Assembly (NCBI RefSeq): GCF_024298765.1
Contig: NZ_CP101210.1
From: Escherichia coli
Lineage (GTDB): Bacteria; Pseudomonadota; Gammaproteobacteria; Enterobacterales; Enterobacteriaceae
Reading direction: 5' to 3' (one strand)
DNA length: 64,000 nucleotides
The notes under the pieces were generated by a model. The model searched no databases and was not told the DNA's origin. It saw only the letters and a list, made by a program, of their open reading frames with translations. Shown one piece after another: positions 25,795 to 36,572 of the stretch. Both the position numbers and the translations under genes were made by a program. Every line of letters starts with the position of its first letter. Positions within the stretch are counted from its first letter, which is position 1.

Positions 25795-27031
25795 TGAATA
25801 TTCGATTCTGCTGATTGATGATGATGCTGACGTGCTGGACGCCTACACACAGTTACTTGAACAGTCGGGCTATCGTGTTTTTGCCTGTAACAATCCTTTT
25901 GAGGCGCAGGCGTGGATACAACCAGACTGGCCAGGCATTGTGCTAAGTGATGTGTGTATGCCTGGCTGCTCTGGTATCGATTTGATGATGTTATTCCACC
26001 AGGATGATCAACAGCTCCCCATTCTGCTTATCACCGGGCACGGCGATGTGCCAATGGCAGTTGATGCGGTGAAAAAAGGCGCGTGGGATTTTTTGCAAAA
26101 ACCGGTCGATCCCGGCAAATTGCTTTCTCTGGTTGAAGAGGCACTACGCCAGCGTCAATCAATCATTGCGCGTCGTCAGTATTGCCAACAGACATTGCAG
26201 GTGGAGTTGATAGGGAGAAGTGAATGGATAAATCAGTATCGGCGACGTTTACAGCAGTTGTCTGAGACAGATATTGCCGTCTGGCTCTACGGTGCCCCTG
26301 GCACAGGACGGATGACCGGTGCACGTTATCTGCACCAATTTGGACGTAATGCACAAGGCGAATTTGTCTACCGCGAGCTGACACCAGACAATGCACCACA
26401 GCTTAATGATTTCATTGCGCTGGCTCAGGGGGGAACATTAGTGCTCAGCCATCCTGAACACCTGACGCGTGAACAGCAGTACCATCTGGTTCAGTTACAA
26501 AGCCAGGAACACAGACCTTTTCGCCTGATTGGTATTGGAGACACCTCGCTGGTCGAGCTGGCCGCCAGCAACCATATCATCGCGGAGCTCTATTACTGCT
26601 TTGCAATGACACAAATCGCTTGCCTGCCATTAACTCAACGCCCCGACGATATTGAACCACTGTTTCGCCACTACCTTTGTAAGGCATGTCAACGGCTTAA
26701 CCATCCTGTTCCGGAAGTGGGAAAAGAGATGTTCAAAGAGATGATGCGCCGCATGTGGCCAAATAATGTGCGAGAGCTGGCCAATGCAGCAGAACTGTTT
26801 ACTGTAGGAATATTACCGCTGGCAGAAACAGCAAACCCGTTGATGCACGTCGGAACCCCGGCACCGCTTGACAGGCGAGTGGAGGACGCTGAGCGACAGA
26901 TAATCACAGAGGCGCTTAATATCCATCAGGGGCGTATCAATGAGGTTGCTGAATATTTACAAATCCCGCGGAAAAAACTCTATCTCAGAATGAAAAAATA
27001 CGGTCTTAGCAAGGAGCATTATAAAAATTAA
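25775..27031 (+). CDS. pgtA: NtrC-family response regulator PgtA-like
   Basis: Receiver domain (ILLIDDDADVL...D...KPV), degenerate AAA+ central domain (GAPGTGR), C-terminal Fis-type HTH; alternative start ATG 25784. Confidence 0.75.
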   Translation: MWKMLSSEYSILLIDDDADVLDAYTQLLEQSGYRVFACNNPFEAQAWIQPDWPGIVLSDVCMPGCSGIDLMMLFHQDDQQLPILLITGHGDVPMAVDAVKKGAWDFLQKPVDPGKLLSLVEEALRQRQSIIARRQYCQQTLQVELIGRSEWINQYRRRLQQLSETDIAVWLYGAPGTGRMTGARYLHQFGRNAQGEFVYRELTPDNAPQLNDFIALAQGGTLVLSHPEHLTREQQYHLVQLQSQEHRPFRLIGIGDTSLVELAASNHIIAELYYCFAMTQIACLPLTQRPDDIEPLFRHYLCKACQRLNHPVPEVGKEMFKEMMRRMWPNNVRELANAAELFTVGILPLAETANPLMHVGTPAPLDRRVEDAERQIITEALNIHQGRINEVAEYLQIPRKKLYLRMKKYGLSKEHYKN

Positions 27032-27171
27032 ATATCAGTCTATCCAGCACAGAAATTATGGAGCCCCCCAGTCTTGGTACCAGTCCCGGGTACTGCTGTA
27101 AGTTTCTGCACCGATTCAGTAAATTTCAGCAGGGATAAAATAGTGCAGATAATCGAAGCATTACTTCCAGA

Positions 27172-27687
27172 GTGGGGAACATCCAGAGTTTTGTTCACAA
27201 AGTGGTGGAGCACTGGCCAAATCTGTTGGCATTTCACTTCACGCTCTATTCGGCAGAAGGAATCTATGGTCAACAGATTCAGACATTTTGTAGTTCCTTT
27301 CACCGACGGGTACACGAACGTATTACGGAGCATAATCACACGGTCAGCCCATCAGCGCCGGTGGTATTACGCTGGTTGCGGGAACAACATGAAGGAGCAC
27401 AGATACGATGTCTGTTGCTGCTCAGCCAGACGAGTATTTGCCATCCGCGAGTCGGCGTCATGGCTGATGAAGAATGTGCGCAACTGGTGGATTTACTGCA
27501 ACAGACCTGGTCGGTGATAAGTGCTGGCGGACAATGCCGGGTGGAAAGATGTTTTCGGGTTGCCCGGGGTGATACATCCGGCCAGTATATTGCGTTAAAA
27601 ACAGTTGCATTGTCTCTGGGGTTACCGGTTGTGACCGGTATTACCCATCGCCCGGTACAGCGCTGTACATTGATTACAGCTCAGTGA
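27172..27687 (+). CDS. Conserved island-associated hypothetical protein, copy 2 (paralog of 53..601)
   Basis: 171 aa, ~85 percent identical to copy 1 by eye; upstream overlapping ORF 27074..27517 suggests possible frameshift at the 5' end. Confidence 0.4.
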   Translation: MGNIQSFVHKVVEHWPNLLAFHFTLYSAEGIYGQQIQTFCSSFHRRVHERITEHNHTVSPSAPVVLRWLREQHEGAQIRCLLLLSQTSICHPRVGVMADEECAQLVDLLQQTWSVISAGGQCRVERCFRVARGDTSGQYIALKTVALSLGLPVVTGITHRPVQRCTLITAQ

Positions 27688-27704
27688 ACAGCGCTGTTGT
27701 GCAG

Positions 27705-28216
27705 TCAACGAGGTTTTCTGTCTTTTCGTCGGTCATTCAGCATCATTAAACGGGTCTCTGCCTCTTTCTGTTCCTGTGGTGTCACTTCCCCGCACGGCTG
27801 ACCGTTCAGGTTGTAACGGGCGCCACCTGCTATTAACGCACGGTAATAGCACGGAGACTGCACATAAGACGCCACTGCTGCATGTAATGTACCAGCGCCA
27901 AACGCCAGTTCTCGGATGGCGATATCCTGTATCAGGTCGTCAGGTATCCCCACTTTAAGTGGTTTTGTTTTTTTCCCGGTTGAATGACTCAGGCCAGAGT
28001 TCCACAAGACGAATAATGCGCTTACGGTTTTTGCTCTGGCGTTTTGTCATGTCGCCACGGTGTTTTATCAGCAGGTTTCTGTTTATCGTTCAACTGTGGT
28101 ATCTGGTCACCGGCCTTCATTTTGTATGCTGTGTCCGTTTTATTCTGCAGCGGCGTTGCCGGTGATTTACTGAAAATACCCTGCGGTTTACGGTTAATGG
28201 TCAGAGTTACCATCAA
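27705..28216 (-). pseudogene. ProQ/FinO-domain gene, copy 2, frameshifted
   Basis: FinO-domain part in ORF 27705..28007 (KPLKVGIPDDLIQDIAIRELAFGAG...), N-terminal part (MMVTLTINRKPQGIFSKSPATPLQ...) in a different frame at 28022..28216. Confidence 0.45.
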
Positions 28217-28808
28217 TTTTGTTACCTCGCGCTGTCAATGGAAGTAGTACCTCATCCGATATCTGAAAATGTTTTCCGGTGGATGTTACAGCGAATTTCA
28301 TGTAAGACATGTTGTTGTCGGTATTGTTCAGTACTGTGCGTTGTGAGCGTATTCGTTATCAGACAGAGGGGCAGGGAACAAACGTCAGAGGTTAAGGATA
28401 TCCGGGAACAAATGGCGTAAACGGACATCTCAGTGCCTGAGAAACAGTACAGGTCAGGCCATCATGGCCTGCAAACAGAGCCCTGGCGACCCCGTGGCCG
28501 AAAACGAAACAATAACCCGCGCGCAGTGCGAGGAATCCGGATGTGAAGCAATCAGCAGGTAATATTAATGGCAGGACCAGCAGGTTCTTTAAACAAACGA
28601 ACATGCTGTAATTGATATTTTGCTTATTGTATTTTCTTTTTAGTTATTAAATTAATTTATTTACGAAAAATTTTCTGCAGATACAGGATGGGAATTCAGG
28701 GTGTCATCACGCCTTATGATGACACCCTTCCCCTGGTTGTGGAAAACCGAAGGATATATCAGGTTCAGCAACAAAATCAGTGAGCTGAAAGATACCAGTC
28801 CCCCAGCT

Positions 28809-29828
28809 TCAGCAGCTTTCACGTAAACATAAACAGGGCTCAATGAATATCTGATTGCTCCAGTTACCTTCTTTAATTCGTTCCAGCAAAACATTTCCTG
28901 CTTCCAGACCAATTTTCCTGTGAGGAACGGCCATTGTTGTTAATGATGGTTGGCAAACTTTGCTGACGTCACTGTCACCAAATCCTACTACGGCGAGCTC
29001 GTCTGGAACTTTGATCCGTCTTCGTTGACATTCATAGAGAACACCGCAGGCTAACTCATCTGACACACATACCAGGGCATCCAGTTCCGGCCATGCGAGC
29101 AAAAATTCCGGTAGTTGTGATGCTCCGGTGGAAAAAACAGGTGGCAGAGCAGCGTTAATAACACGGTTGGGAGACATATGATGGCGTAACATAGCTTTAT
29201 ACCATCCCTGTAAATGCTGCTGAAAGATCCACTGTTCCTGGTTAGCGCATAGCAAACCGATATTCTGATAACCACGTTGTACCAGCATATCCGTCAGCTC
29301 GAACATTGCTGCAACATTATCAATACCAATGTTGATATCTATCGGATCAGTACGAATGGCACCGATTTCTATAACAGGAATCGAGGCATTTTTGAGCAAG
29401 TGACGCACGGTACTATTATGCTCAACACTAAGCAAAATTGCTGCAGCGATATTAGAAGCCAGCAGGGTTTCCAGCAGTTTTTCTTCTTGTTCCAGACGAT
29501 GGCGTGACTCAGCCAGGATTATTTGATACCCCGCTGGTTGTAGCACATGTTGCAGCCCGGCAAACATTTCCGTGCATCCCGCTTCAGCCAGGTTTGGCAC
29601 GACCATTGCGATCGTGTGTGAAGATGCCGATGCCAGTGCGCTTGCAGTGAGGTTGGGCATATACCCTAATTCATTAACTGCGGCTTCAATCTTCTCCCTC
29701 AATTTATCTGAAACTTGTTCGGGAGTGCGTAACGCTCTGGATACAGTCATTGTGCCAACTCCCGCGAGTTGCGCGACATCAGCAATAGTGACTTTACCTG
29801 TACTACGACGTTTTCGGGTTATTGCCAT
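28809..29828 (-). CDS. LacI-family transcriptional repressor
   Basis: N-terminal HTH VTIADVAQLAGVGTMTVSRAL, periplasmic-binding-protein-like sugar-binding core; divergent from the PTS operon. Confidence 0.8.
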   Translation of the reverse strand: MAITRKRRSTGKVTIADVAQLAGVGTMTVSRALRTPEQVSDKLREKIEAAVNELGYMPNLTASALASASSHTIAMVVPNLAEAGCTEMFAGLQHVLQPAGYQIILAESRHRLEQEEKLLETLLASNIAAAILLSVEHNSTVRHLLKNASIPVIEIGAIRTDPIDINIGIDNVAAMFELTDMLVQRGYQNIGLLCANQEQWIFQQHLQGWYKAMLRHHMSPNRVINAALPPVFSTGASQLPEFLLAWPELDALVCVSDELACGVLYECQRRRIKVPDELAVVGFGDSDVSKVCQPSLTTMAVPHRKIGLEAGNVLLERIKEGNWSNQIFIEPCLCLRESC

Positions 29829-29960
29829 ACAAAATCCTGCTCAGCGACTACATATGGAGATCTTTTATTACTTATCATCAACGGCTTCCTGCACTGCCAG
29901 TAGCAGAGTATACCTCTTAATATCTGCCATAAGTCTGGATTTAATCAGTGAAATCTATTT

Positions 29961-30008
29961 TGATAGCGCTATCACAAATTCGAACAATACCTCCTGATAG
30001 CGCTATCT
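29961..30008. promoter_or_regulatory. Two LacI-type palindromic operators in the regulator / PTS intergenic region
   Basis: TGATAGCGCTATCA (29961-29974, perfect 14-bp palindrome) and TGATAGCGCTATCT (29995-30008), 34 bp apart. Confidence 0.5.
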
Positions 30009-30079
30009 TTGTGATATTGATCGCAGATATACCGTCGTTACTTGAATACATTCTGGTCATATAAATAAGAAATTAGGGG

Positions 30080-30529
30080 GTGGGAGTGCTTAATATCTGG
30101 CTTTCTGATTCAACAATCGCATTACGAAAGAATGCCGCAACCTGGCAGCAGGCATTAGATATCTGTGCCAGACCGTTACTGGATGCAGAGATAATTACGA
30201 CGGATTATCTCAGTGCGATAAAGACACAACATGAAAAACTGGGGCCTTATTATGTCCTGGCACCCGGGCTGGCCATGCCGCATGCCCGACCAGAAGAAGG
30301 GGCAAAAGGATTAGGTTTATCATTATTAAAACTTGAAGAAGGTGTCAGTTTTCATACAGAGGAATTTGATCCTGTAGATGTTATCATTTTACTTGCCGCA
30401 CCAGACAAACACAGTCATATCGAAATGATATCTGCACTGGCTGAGTTATTCTCCAGCGAAAAAGATTTACATGAATTGCATCAGGCTCGCAATGTGGAGG
30501 AAATAAAAAAGATAATTTCACGGTTCTGA
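30080..30529 (+). CDS. PTS EIIA component (ascorbate/mannitol-type, EIIA-2 fold)
   Basis: ~149 aa with phosphorylatable His motif LAMPHARPE; GTG start at 30080 or 30086. Confidence 0.75.
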   Translation: MGVLNIWLSDSTIALRKNAATWQQALDICARPLLDAEIITTDYLSAIKTQHEKLGPYYVLAPGLAMPHARPEEGAKGLGLSLLKLEEGVSFHTEEFDPVDVIILLAAPDKHSHIEMISALAELFSSEKDLHELHQARNVEEIKKIISRF

Positions 30530-30607
30530 TTACATTATAAATTCAGTCTTTTCACAACATTGCGCCGTTGCGTGATGGGACTTCTTCAACTTAAAATGGT
30601 GAATATA

Positions 30608-30880
30608 ATGAAAATTATGGCTATTTGTGGCTCAGGGCTTGGTAGTAGTTTTATGGTCGAAATGAATATTAAAAAAGTTCTGAAAAAAATGGATATAGAG
30701 GCGGAAGTGGAACATTCCGATCTCTCATCAGCAACGCCAGGGGCTGCCGATTTATTTGTGATGGCCAAAGATATTGCTGCCAGTGCCAGCGTACCGGAAA
30801 GTCAGTTGGTGGTTATCAACAACATCATTGATATTAATGAACTCGAAACGCAACTGCGTAACTGGTTAGCAAAACAATAA
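30608..30880 (+). CDS. PTS EIIB component (ascorbate-type, UlaB/SgaB-like)
   Basis: MKIMAICGSGLGSS... with the active-site Cys in the N-terminal CGxG motif; ~90 aa. Confidence 0.7.
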   Translation: MKIMAICGSGLGSSFMVEMNIKKVLKKMDIEAEVEHSDLSSATPGAADLFVMAKDIAASASVPESQLVVINNIIDINELETQLRNWLAKQ

Positions 30881-30896
30881 CCTTAATTGAAGCGAG

Positions 30897-32291
30897 GTGG
30901 ATATGTTTATCCTTGAAACGCTGAATTTTGTTGTTGATATACTTAAAGTGCCCGCGATACTGGTCGGCTTGATTGCCTTAATTGGTCTGGTTGCCCAGAA
31001 AAAATCTTTTTCAGATGTTGTTAAAGGTACAATTAAAACTATTCTCGGCTTTATTGTACTGGGCGGTGGTGCCACTGTTTTGGTTGGTTCGTTAAATCCT
31101 CTTGGGAGTATGTTTGAACATGCCTTTAATATTCAGGGCATCATTCCGAATAATGAGGCTATTGTTTCTATTGCGCTGGAAAAATATGGCGCATCGACGG
31201 CCCTTATTATGGCATTTGGTATGGTGGCGAATATTATTGTTGCCCGCTTTACCCGCCTTAAATATATCTTCCTGACCGGACACCACACATTTTACATGGC
31301 CTGCATGATTGGTGTGATTCTGACAGTGGCTGGTTTTGAAGGTATATCACTGGTCTTTACCGGTTCTCTTATTCTGGGACTTGTGATGGCATTTTTCCCG
31401 GCATTAGCACAACGCTATATGAAGCGTATTACGGGGAATGATGACATTGCTTTTGGTCACTTTGGCACTCTGGGATATGTACTTTCTGGCTGGATTGGCA
31501 GCGTGTGCGGTAAAGGTTCCCGCTCCACCGAAGAGATGAATTTGCCCAAAAATCTGAGCTTCCTGCGCGACAGTTCCATCTCTATTTCTCTTACGATGAT
31601 GGTGATTTATCTGATCATGGCGATCAGTGCTGGTCGTGAGTTCGTTGAAAGCCAGTTCAGTGGTGGTCAAAACTACCTTGTCTACGCCATCATAATGGCC
31701 ATCACCTTCGCTGCTGGTGTATTTATTATTCTGCAAGGCGTGCGTTTAATCCTTGCTGAAATAGTTCCGGCATTTACCGGGTTTTCAGAAAAGCTGGTGC
31801 CGAATGCCCGTCCGGCCCTCGATTGCCCGGTTGTGTATCCGTATGCGCCAAACGCAGTGTTAGTTGGTTTCTTGTTTAGCTTTTTTGGCGGTCTGGTAGG
31901 GCTATTTTTGTTGGGACAGATGAAACTGGTGTTGATTCTTCCGGGTGTCGTTCCTCACTTTTTTACCGGGGCGGCTGCTGGCGTATTTGGTAACGCTACG
32001 GGGGGACGTCGTGGCGCAATGATTGGTGCTTTTGCGAATGGCTTATTGATTACCTTCCTGCCAGTACTGTTATTGCCGGTTCTTGGGGCGATAGGCTTTG
32101 CTAATACGACCTTTTCCGATGCAGATTTTGGTGCTGTCGGCATCGTCCTCGGAAACCTGGCACGTTATCTCTCACCTTTTGCCATCACCGGACTTGTAGT
32201 AGCGCTATTTGTGCTGCTGGTTGCCTGGAACATTTTCGCCAGTAACAAAATCGCTGCCAAAGCGCAGAAGAAGAGTGGAGCCAAATCATGA
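30897..32291 (+). CDS. PTS EIIC component (ascorbate-type, UlaA/SgaT-like permease)
   Basis: 464 aa polytopic membrane protein with UlaA-family organisation; overlaps downstream transketolase gene start. Confidence 0.8.
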   Translation: MDMFILETLNFVVDILKVPAILVGLIALIGLVAQKKSFSDVVKGTIKTILGFIVLGGGATVLVGSLNPLGSMFEHAFNIQGIIPNNEAIVSIALEKYGASTALIMAFGMVANIIVARFTRLKYIFLTGHHTFYMACMIGVILTVAGFEGISLVFTGSLILGLVMAFFPALAQRYMKRITGNDDIAFGHFGTLGYVLSGWIGSVCGKGSRSTEEMNLPKNLSFLRDSSISISLTMMVIYLIMAISAGREFVESQFSGGQNYLVYAIIMAITFAAGVFIILQGVRLILAEIVPAFTGFSEKLVPNARPALDCPVVYPYAPNAVLVGFLFSFFGGLVGLFLLGQMKLVLILPGVVPHFFTGAAAGVFGNATGGRRGAMIGAFANGLLITFLPVLLLPVLGAIGFANTTFSDADFGAVGIVLGNLARYLSPFAITGLVVALFVLLVAWNIFASNKIAAKAQKKSGAKS

Positions 32292-33118
32292 ATGTTAAAG
32301 AATTGACTCAATTTGCACGGGATATACGTATCCAGACGCTTAAATCATTAACTCATCTCGGCTTCGGTCATTATGGTGGCAGCATGTCGGTTGTGGAAAC
32401 GCTGGCAGTGCTTTATGGCGCTGTAATGAAAATTGATCCTGCTGCTCCCGACTGGCCTGAGCGTGACTATTTTATCCTGTCCAAAGGACATGCCGGACCT
32501 GCTCTCTACAGTACTCTGGCGCTGAAAGGCTACTTTCCACTGGAAGAATTAAGCACCTTAAATCAGAACGGAACCCGCTTACCAAGTCATCCGGATCGGC
32601 TAAAAACGTGTGGTGTTGATAGCACCACAGGATCGCTGGGGCAGGGGATATCCATTGCCGGAGGGATGGCGCTGTCGCATAAACTGGCGGGGCGCAAGAA
32701 TCGGGTTTTTTGTATTGTCGGCGATGGCGAACTTAATGAAGGCCAATGTTGGGAAGCTTTCCAGTTTATCGCGCATCATCGTTTGAATAACCTCACTGTG
32801 TTTGTGGACTGGAACAAACAGCAGCTTGATGGTCAACTGGATGAAATTATTAATCCATTTGATTTGGAAGGAAAATTCCGGGCTTTCGGTTTTGATGTCG
32901 TGACAGTGAAGGGCGATGATATTGAGGGCTTGTTGAATGTAGTTAAACCTGTCCTGCCAGCTGAGGCCAGACCGAGAGTGGTCATTCTCGATAGCATTAA
33001 AGGGCAGGGGGTGCCGTGTCTCGAGCAACTCAGTAATTCTCATCACTTACGCCTCACAGAAGAGATGAAGGGGACGCTAAACGAAACAATTCGCCAACTG
33101 GAGGCTATGCATGATTAA
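32288..33118 (+). CDS. Transketolase, N-terminal (thiamine-diphosphate-binding) subunit
   Basis: 276 aa, motifs SKGHAGPALY and GSLGQGISIAGGMA...VGDGELNEGQ characteristic of split transketolase N subunits. Confidence 0.8.
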   Translation: MNVKELTQFARDIRIQTLKSLTHLGFGHYGGSMSVVETLAVLYGAVMKIDPAAPDWPERDYFILSKGHAGPALYSTLALKGYFPLEELSTLNQNGTRLPSHPDRLKTCGVDSTTGSLGQGISIAGGMALSHKLAGRKNRVFCIVGDGELNEGQCWEAFQFIAHHRLNNLTVFVDWNKQQLDGQLDEIINPFDLEGKFRAFGFDVVTVKGDDIEGLLNVVKPVLPAEARPRVVILDSIKGQGVPCLEQLSNSHHLRLTEEMKGTLNETIRQLEAMHD

Positions 33119-34064
33119 TCTCGCACCGGCAGGACAAAAAGACAGCATTGAAATGCGCAAAGTTTATGCAGATTTTATCGCGCAACAGAGTAAAAACGTC
33201 AGTTCTGTCATTGCTCTTGAGGCTGATTTAATGAGTTCCATGGCAATGGACAGCGTGGCGCAGGATTATCCAGATCACGTCATTAATTGCGGCATTATGG
33301 AAGCCAATGTTATCGGCACAGCTGCAGGGCTGGCCTTAACCGGGCGCAAGCCATTCGTGCATACCTTTACCGCATTTGCCAGTCGTCGCTGTTTTGATCA
33401 ACTCTTTATGTCGCTTGATTACCAGGGCGCTAACGTCAAAGTTATAGCTTCTGATGCGGGTGTTGCTGCTTGCCACAATGGCGGAACACATATGTCATTT
33501 GAAGATATGGGAATTGTGCGCGGGCTGGCGCATTCGGTGGTGATGGAGATGACAGATGCCGTAATGTTCAGCGATATCTTGCGTCAACTCGTTGCACTGG
33601 AAGGATTTTATTGGATTCGTACCATTCGGAAGCAAGCAGCGAGTATTTACGCACCAGGTACAACCTTTACAATTGGCAAAGGGCAGGTATTACGTGAAGG
33701 TACGGATGTCACCTTAATTGCTAATGGCATTATGGTGGTGGAAGCCCTGGAGGCCGCACGTCAACTTGAGCTGGCTGGGGTAAGTGTAGCGGTGATTGAT
33801 ATGTTTACGCTCAAACCCGTTGATCGGATGTTAATTAAAAATTATGCCGAAAAAACAGGACGGATCGTAACATGTGAAAACCATAGTATTCATAATGGAT
33901 TAGGTTCAGCGGTTGCTGAAGTGCTTGTAGAAACTTGTCCTGTGCCCATGCGTCGGGTGGGGGTTAAAGAGCGGTATGGCCAGGTTGGAACTCAGGACTT
34001 TTTACAGAGAGAGTACGGGTTAACCGCGCAAGATATTGTGGCGGCAGCCAGAGAGCTATTGTAA
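33111..34064 (+). CDS. Transketolase, C-terminal (pyrimidine-binding) subunit
   Basis: 317 aa, overlaps N-subunit gene by 8 bp; transketolase Pyr and C-terminal domains. Confidence 0.8.
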   Translation: MINLAPAGQKDSIEMRKVYADFIAQQSKNVSSVIALEADLMSSMAMDSVAQDYPDHVINCGIMEANVIGTAAGLALTGRKPFVHTFTAFASRRCFDQLFMSLDYQGANVKVIASDAGVAACHNGGTHMSFEDMGIVRGLAHSVVMEMTDAVMFSDILRQLVALEGFYWIRTIRKQAASIYAPGTTFTIGKGQVLREGTDVTLIANGIMVVEALEAARQLELAGVSVAVIDMFTLKPVDRMLIKNYAEKTGRIVTCENHSIHNGLGSAVAEVLVETCPVPMRRVGVKERYGQVGTQDFLQREYGLTAQDIVAAARELL

Positions 34065-34182
34065 TTCATGGAGTTTGTTTACCATTCTGTTTTTCTTAAA
34101 AGTGAGTGTCTGTGCGGTCACTAAACTCGGTAATAAAGCAGTTCATTGCAGGATAAGAAGCGTTTGGTTGTGTCGTTTTACC

Positions 34183-34450
34183 GTAAGAACCGACCGCCGT
34201 ATGTAGCCATTAAGCCAGTATTGGTAACGTAGGTGCCCACCTTTTCAAACTGGTGGACGCCTGTTATGGAGCAAAAACATTATCCGCAGAACCCCGCAGA
34301 TCATTTTCAAATGAGTTAAACTTCAAATGGTTAAACTGGTTTTGCAACCAGGAGCCTCTGTTGCCCGTATTGCCCGGGAACACGATATCAATGATAACCT
34401 CCTGTTCAAATGGCTCAGACTCTGGCAGAACGTAAGGTAAAGGGAGATGA
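34183..34450 (+). mobile_element. IS66-family relic: left terminal repeat plus tnpA (orf1) fragment
   Basis: GTAAGAACCGACCGCCGTATGTAGCCATTAAGCCAGTATTGGTAAC resembles the left end of the IS66-family element at 58800-58860 (reverse strand); translation LVLQPGASVARIAREHDINDNLLFKWLRLWQN matches TnpA. Confidence 0.5.
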
Positions 34451-35290
34451 AAAAGGCAATAGCAGAACTGAGTGACAGTGAAACCATTCTGGCGTACAGG
34501 GTTGGATGGTGAAACTGATAAAAAACCCCCTCTGAAATTCTGTCAGAGGGGCTAGTCAATAAGGGAATAATATTCAACATGAAGATGTCTTCTGGGAATG
34601 TTTATATAGCAAATGCTTTCACTCCGGTAATTAATTTCCGTGATTAACTGCTTTCGATCAATAAAGGAATTGCAAAAGTGTGATCTTGTTCACGACATCG
34701 TGGATAATAATATGCCTGATGTCTGAATCCGGAAACAGTGCTCTGGCGGGTTTCATGTGAAGTTGACGGATAAAAAATCCGCACGACCAGACAGACGTGC
34801 GGTTTACGAAATTCGTAACAAGAGGCTTTTCTACGGATCACGTGGTGCGTGCCACGTGAAATTTTTGTAGCGCAAAATGTGTGATGTGTAAATACAAGGA
34901 AGGAAAAAAGTTAAATCGGTGGAAGTCCATACCTGCCACGTGTACGTCTGCATTCCTCGTTTTGAACAGAATTCTCACCAGACATCGTGAATTTCTCATT
35001 CAATCATCAGAGATATTAACCAGGATTTTTATTGTTTTGTGATATCAGCAGTGCAGGTATACAGACATTAAAGTAATCAGGTTTATTATAACCACCTTTA
35101 CAAAGTTGTATGTGTTTATAATTTAAGGATTTTAATGCCAGTCGTTTTCTGCTGCTTAAATTGAGGTCGCATATTATACACAATAATATTCCTGGCATTA
35201 TTAAATTAATAAAAGAGGATTCTTATCACTGTATTTTTGCTCCGCACTACCGTTCTGGCTGGTGAAATAATAATACAGGAGAATAACAGA

Positions 35291-36550
35291 ATGCTTAAAA
35301 GACGTGATGCTTTTTTAAAGAAAAGCGCGCTGGCAGTGAGTGTGGCCCTGCTGCTCTCATCTCAGGCTTTGGCTCATAAAACAATTACTGATTCAACGGC
35401 GGGTATTATCTGGATTGATAATGGCACTCAGTCACTTGAAAGTGCAAGTGTGATTGACAGAAATGGAAATGCTAACGATGGTGGTAGTGTTACTGGAAAA
35501 AACTTTGCTGTTGGTTCCGATGCAATAATTTGGGATGCGGATAAATCCATGGCAACAGGAAATAAGACAGCTGTTTTTAATGCAGACAACAGTGTCGCTC
35601 TGGGGTATGGCTCTCAGGTGAATGGAGAAAGCAATGTACTTTCTGTAGGGGCCGGTCCTTCAGGATATGGATTTTCAGTTGATGGTGCACCGGAAACCCG
35701 CCGGATTATAAATGTTTCAGATGGTGTTAAGGATAGTGATGCGGCCACAAAAGGACAGATGGACAACGCCATTGCAGGTGCTGTACGGGTGTCGGGGGAT
35801 GCCCTGCGCGGTGAGATAGGAGCTGTCTACCGTGATGCTGTTTCTCATACTGACAGTCAGGTCACAGCAGTACGTGATGAACTGAAGGCAGAGGGAGACA
35901 GTCTGCGCGGTGAGATAGGCGGTGTATACAGAGATGCCCGTGCTCATACTGACAGTCAGGTTACAGCAGTACGTGATGAACTCAGCAGGGATATTATTGC
36001 AGGCACATCGGCAGCGGTGGCGTATACGGATGCATCTTCTCTTGCTCTTCAGGATGAAATAAAAGAAAAAGCGGATGAAACAGTTCAGGTTTCCCGGGCT
36101 TATACAGATAAAAGTGTACGGGATGCCCGTAAAGAAGCGAAAAGCCAGGCAGAACATCTCAGCGATGTGCTTGTGAAGAACAGGGCGCAGACGGATGCAG
36201 CAATAGCCTCAAATACAGCAGCGATAAGGAATAACAGTCATCGTCTGGATTTGACGGAAGCCTGGCAGAAGATGGCGACAGAGAGAATGAATAATATGCA
36301 GGAGCAGATTAAAGAGAACCGGAAGGAGTTAAGGGAGAGTGCAGCCCAGAGCGCGGCACTGGCAGGTCTTTTCCAGCCATACAGTGTTGGAAAATTTAAC
36401 GCGACAGCAGCCGTTGGTGGTTACCGTGATGAGCAGGCCATTGCGGTGGGCGTGGGCTACCGTTTCACAGAGAATGTGGCAGGAAAAGTTGCAGTTGCTG
36501 CAGGTGGGTCATCCGCATCGTGGAATGCTGGTGTGAATTTTGAGTTCTGA
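35291..36550 (+). CDS. Trimeric autotransporter adhesin (YadA-like, type Vc)
   Basis: Signal peptide [28 protein letters not shown], head repeats ([23 protein letters not shown]), coiled-coil stalk, C-terminal YadA anchor ...[47 protein letters not shown]. Confidence 0.8.
   Translation: MLKRRDAFLKKSALAVSVALLLSSQALAHKTITDSTAGIIWIDNGTQSLESASVIDRNGNANDGGSVTGKNFAVGSDAIIWDADKSMATGNKTAVFNADNSVALGYGSQVNGESNVLSVGAGPSGYGFSVDGAPETRRIINVSDGVKDSDAATKGQMDNAIAGAVRVSGDALRGEIGAVYRDAVSHTDSQVTAVRDELKAEGDSLRGEIGGVYRDARAHTDSQVTAVRDELSRDIIAGTSAAVAYTDASSLALQDEIKEKADETVQVSRAYTDKSVRDARKEAKSQAEHLSDVLVKNRAQTDAAIASNTAAIRNNSHRLDLTEAWQKMATERMNNMQEQIKENRKELRESAAQSAALAGLFQPYSVGKFNATAAVGGYRDEQAIAVGVGYRFTENVAGKVAVAAGGSSASWNAGVNFEF
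35804..35982 (+). repeat. In-frame tandem duplication (2 x 99 bp, 33-aa period) inside the adhesin stalk
   Basis: [27 protein letters not shown] / [27 protein letters not shown]; nucleotide units nearly identical. Confidence 0.7.
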
Positions 36551-36572
36551 CAGGTCAGGATTTAGATATCTG

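Larger units (their letters stand above)
27100..28610. repeat. Copy 2 of the diverged duplicated module (see 1..1460)
   Basis: Colinear similarity to 1..1460 with an extra ~55-bp insertion near 28060-28115. Confidence 0.7.

Noticed and set aside
35717-36157. 146-aa reverse-strand ORF inside the trimeric adhesin gene
   Set aside because: Antisense to a well-supported gene with recognisable adhesin domains; Cys/Arg-rich low-complexity translation.
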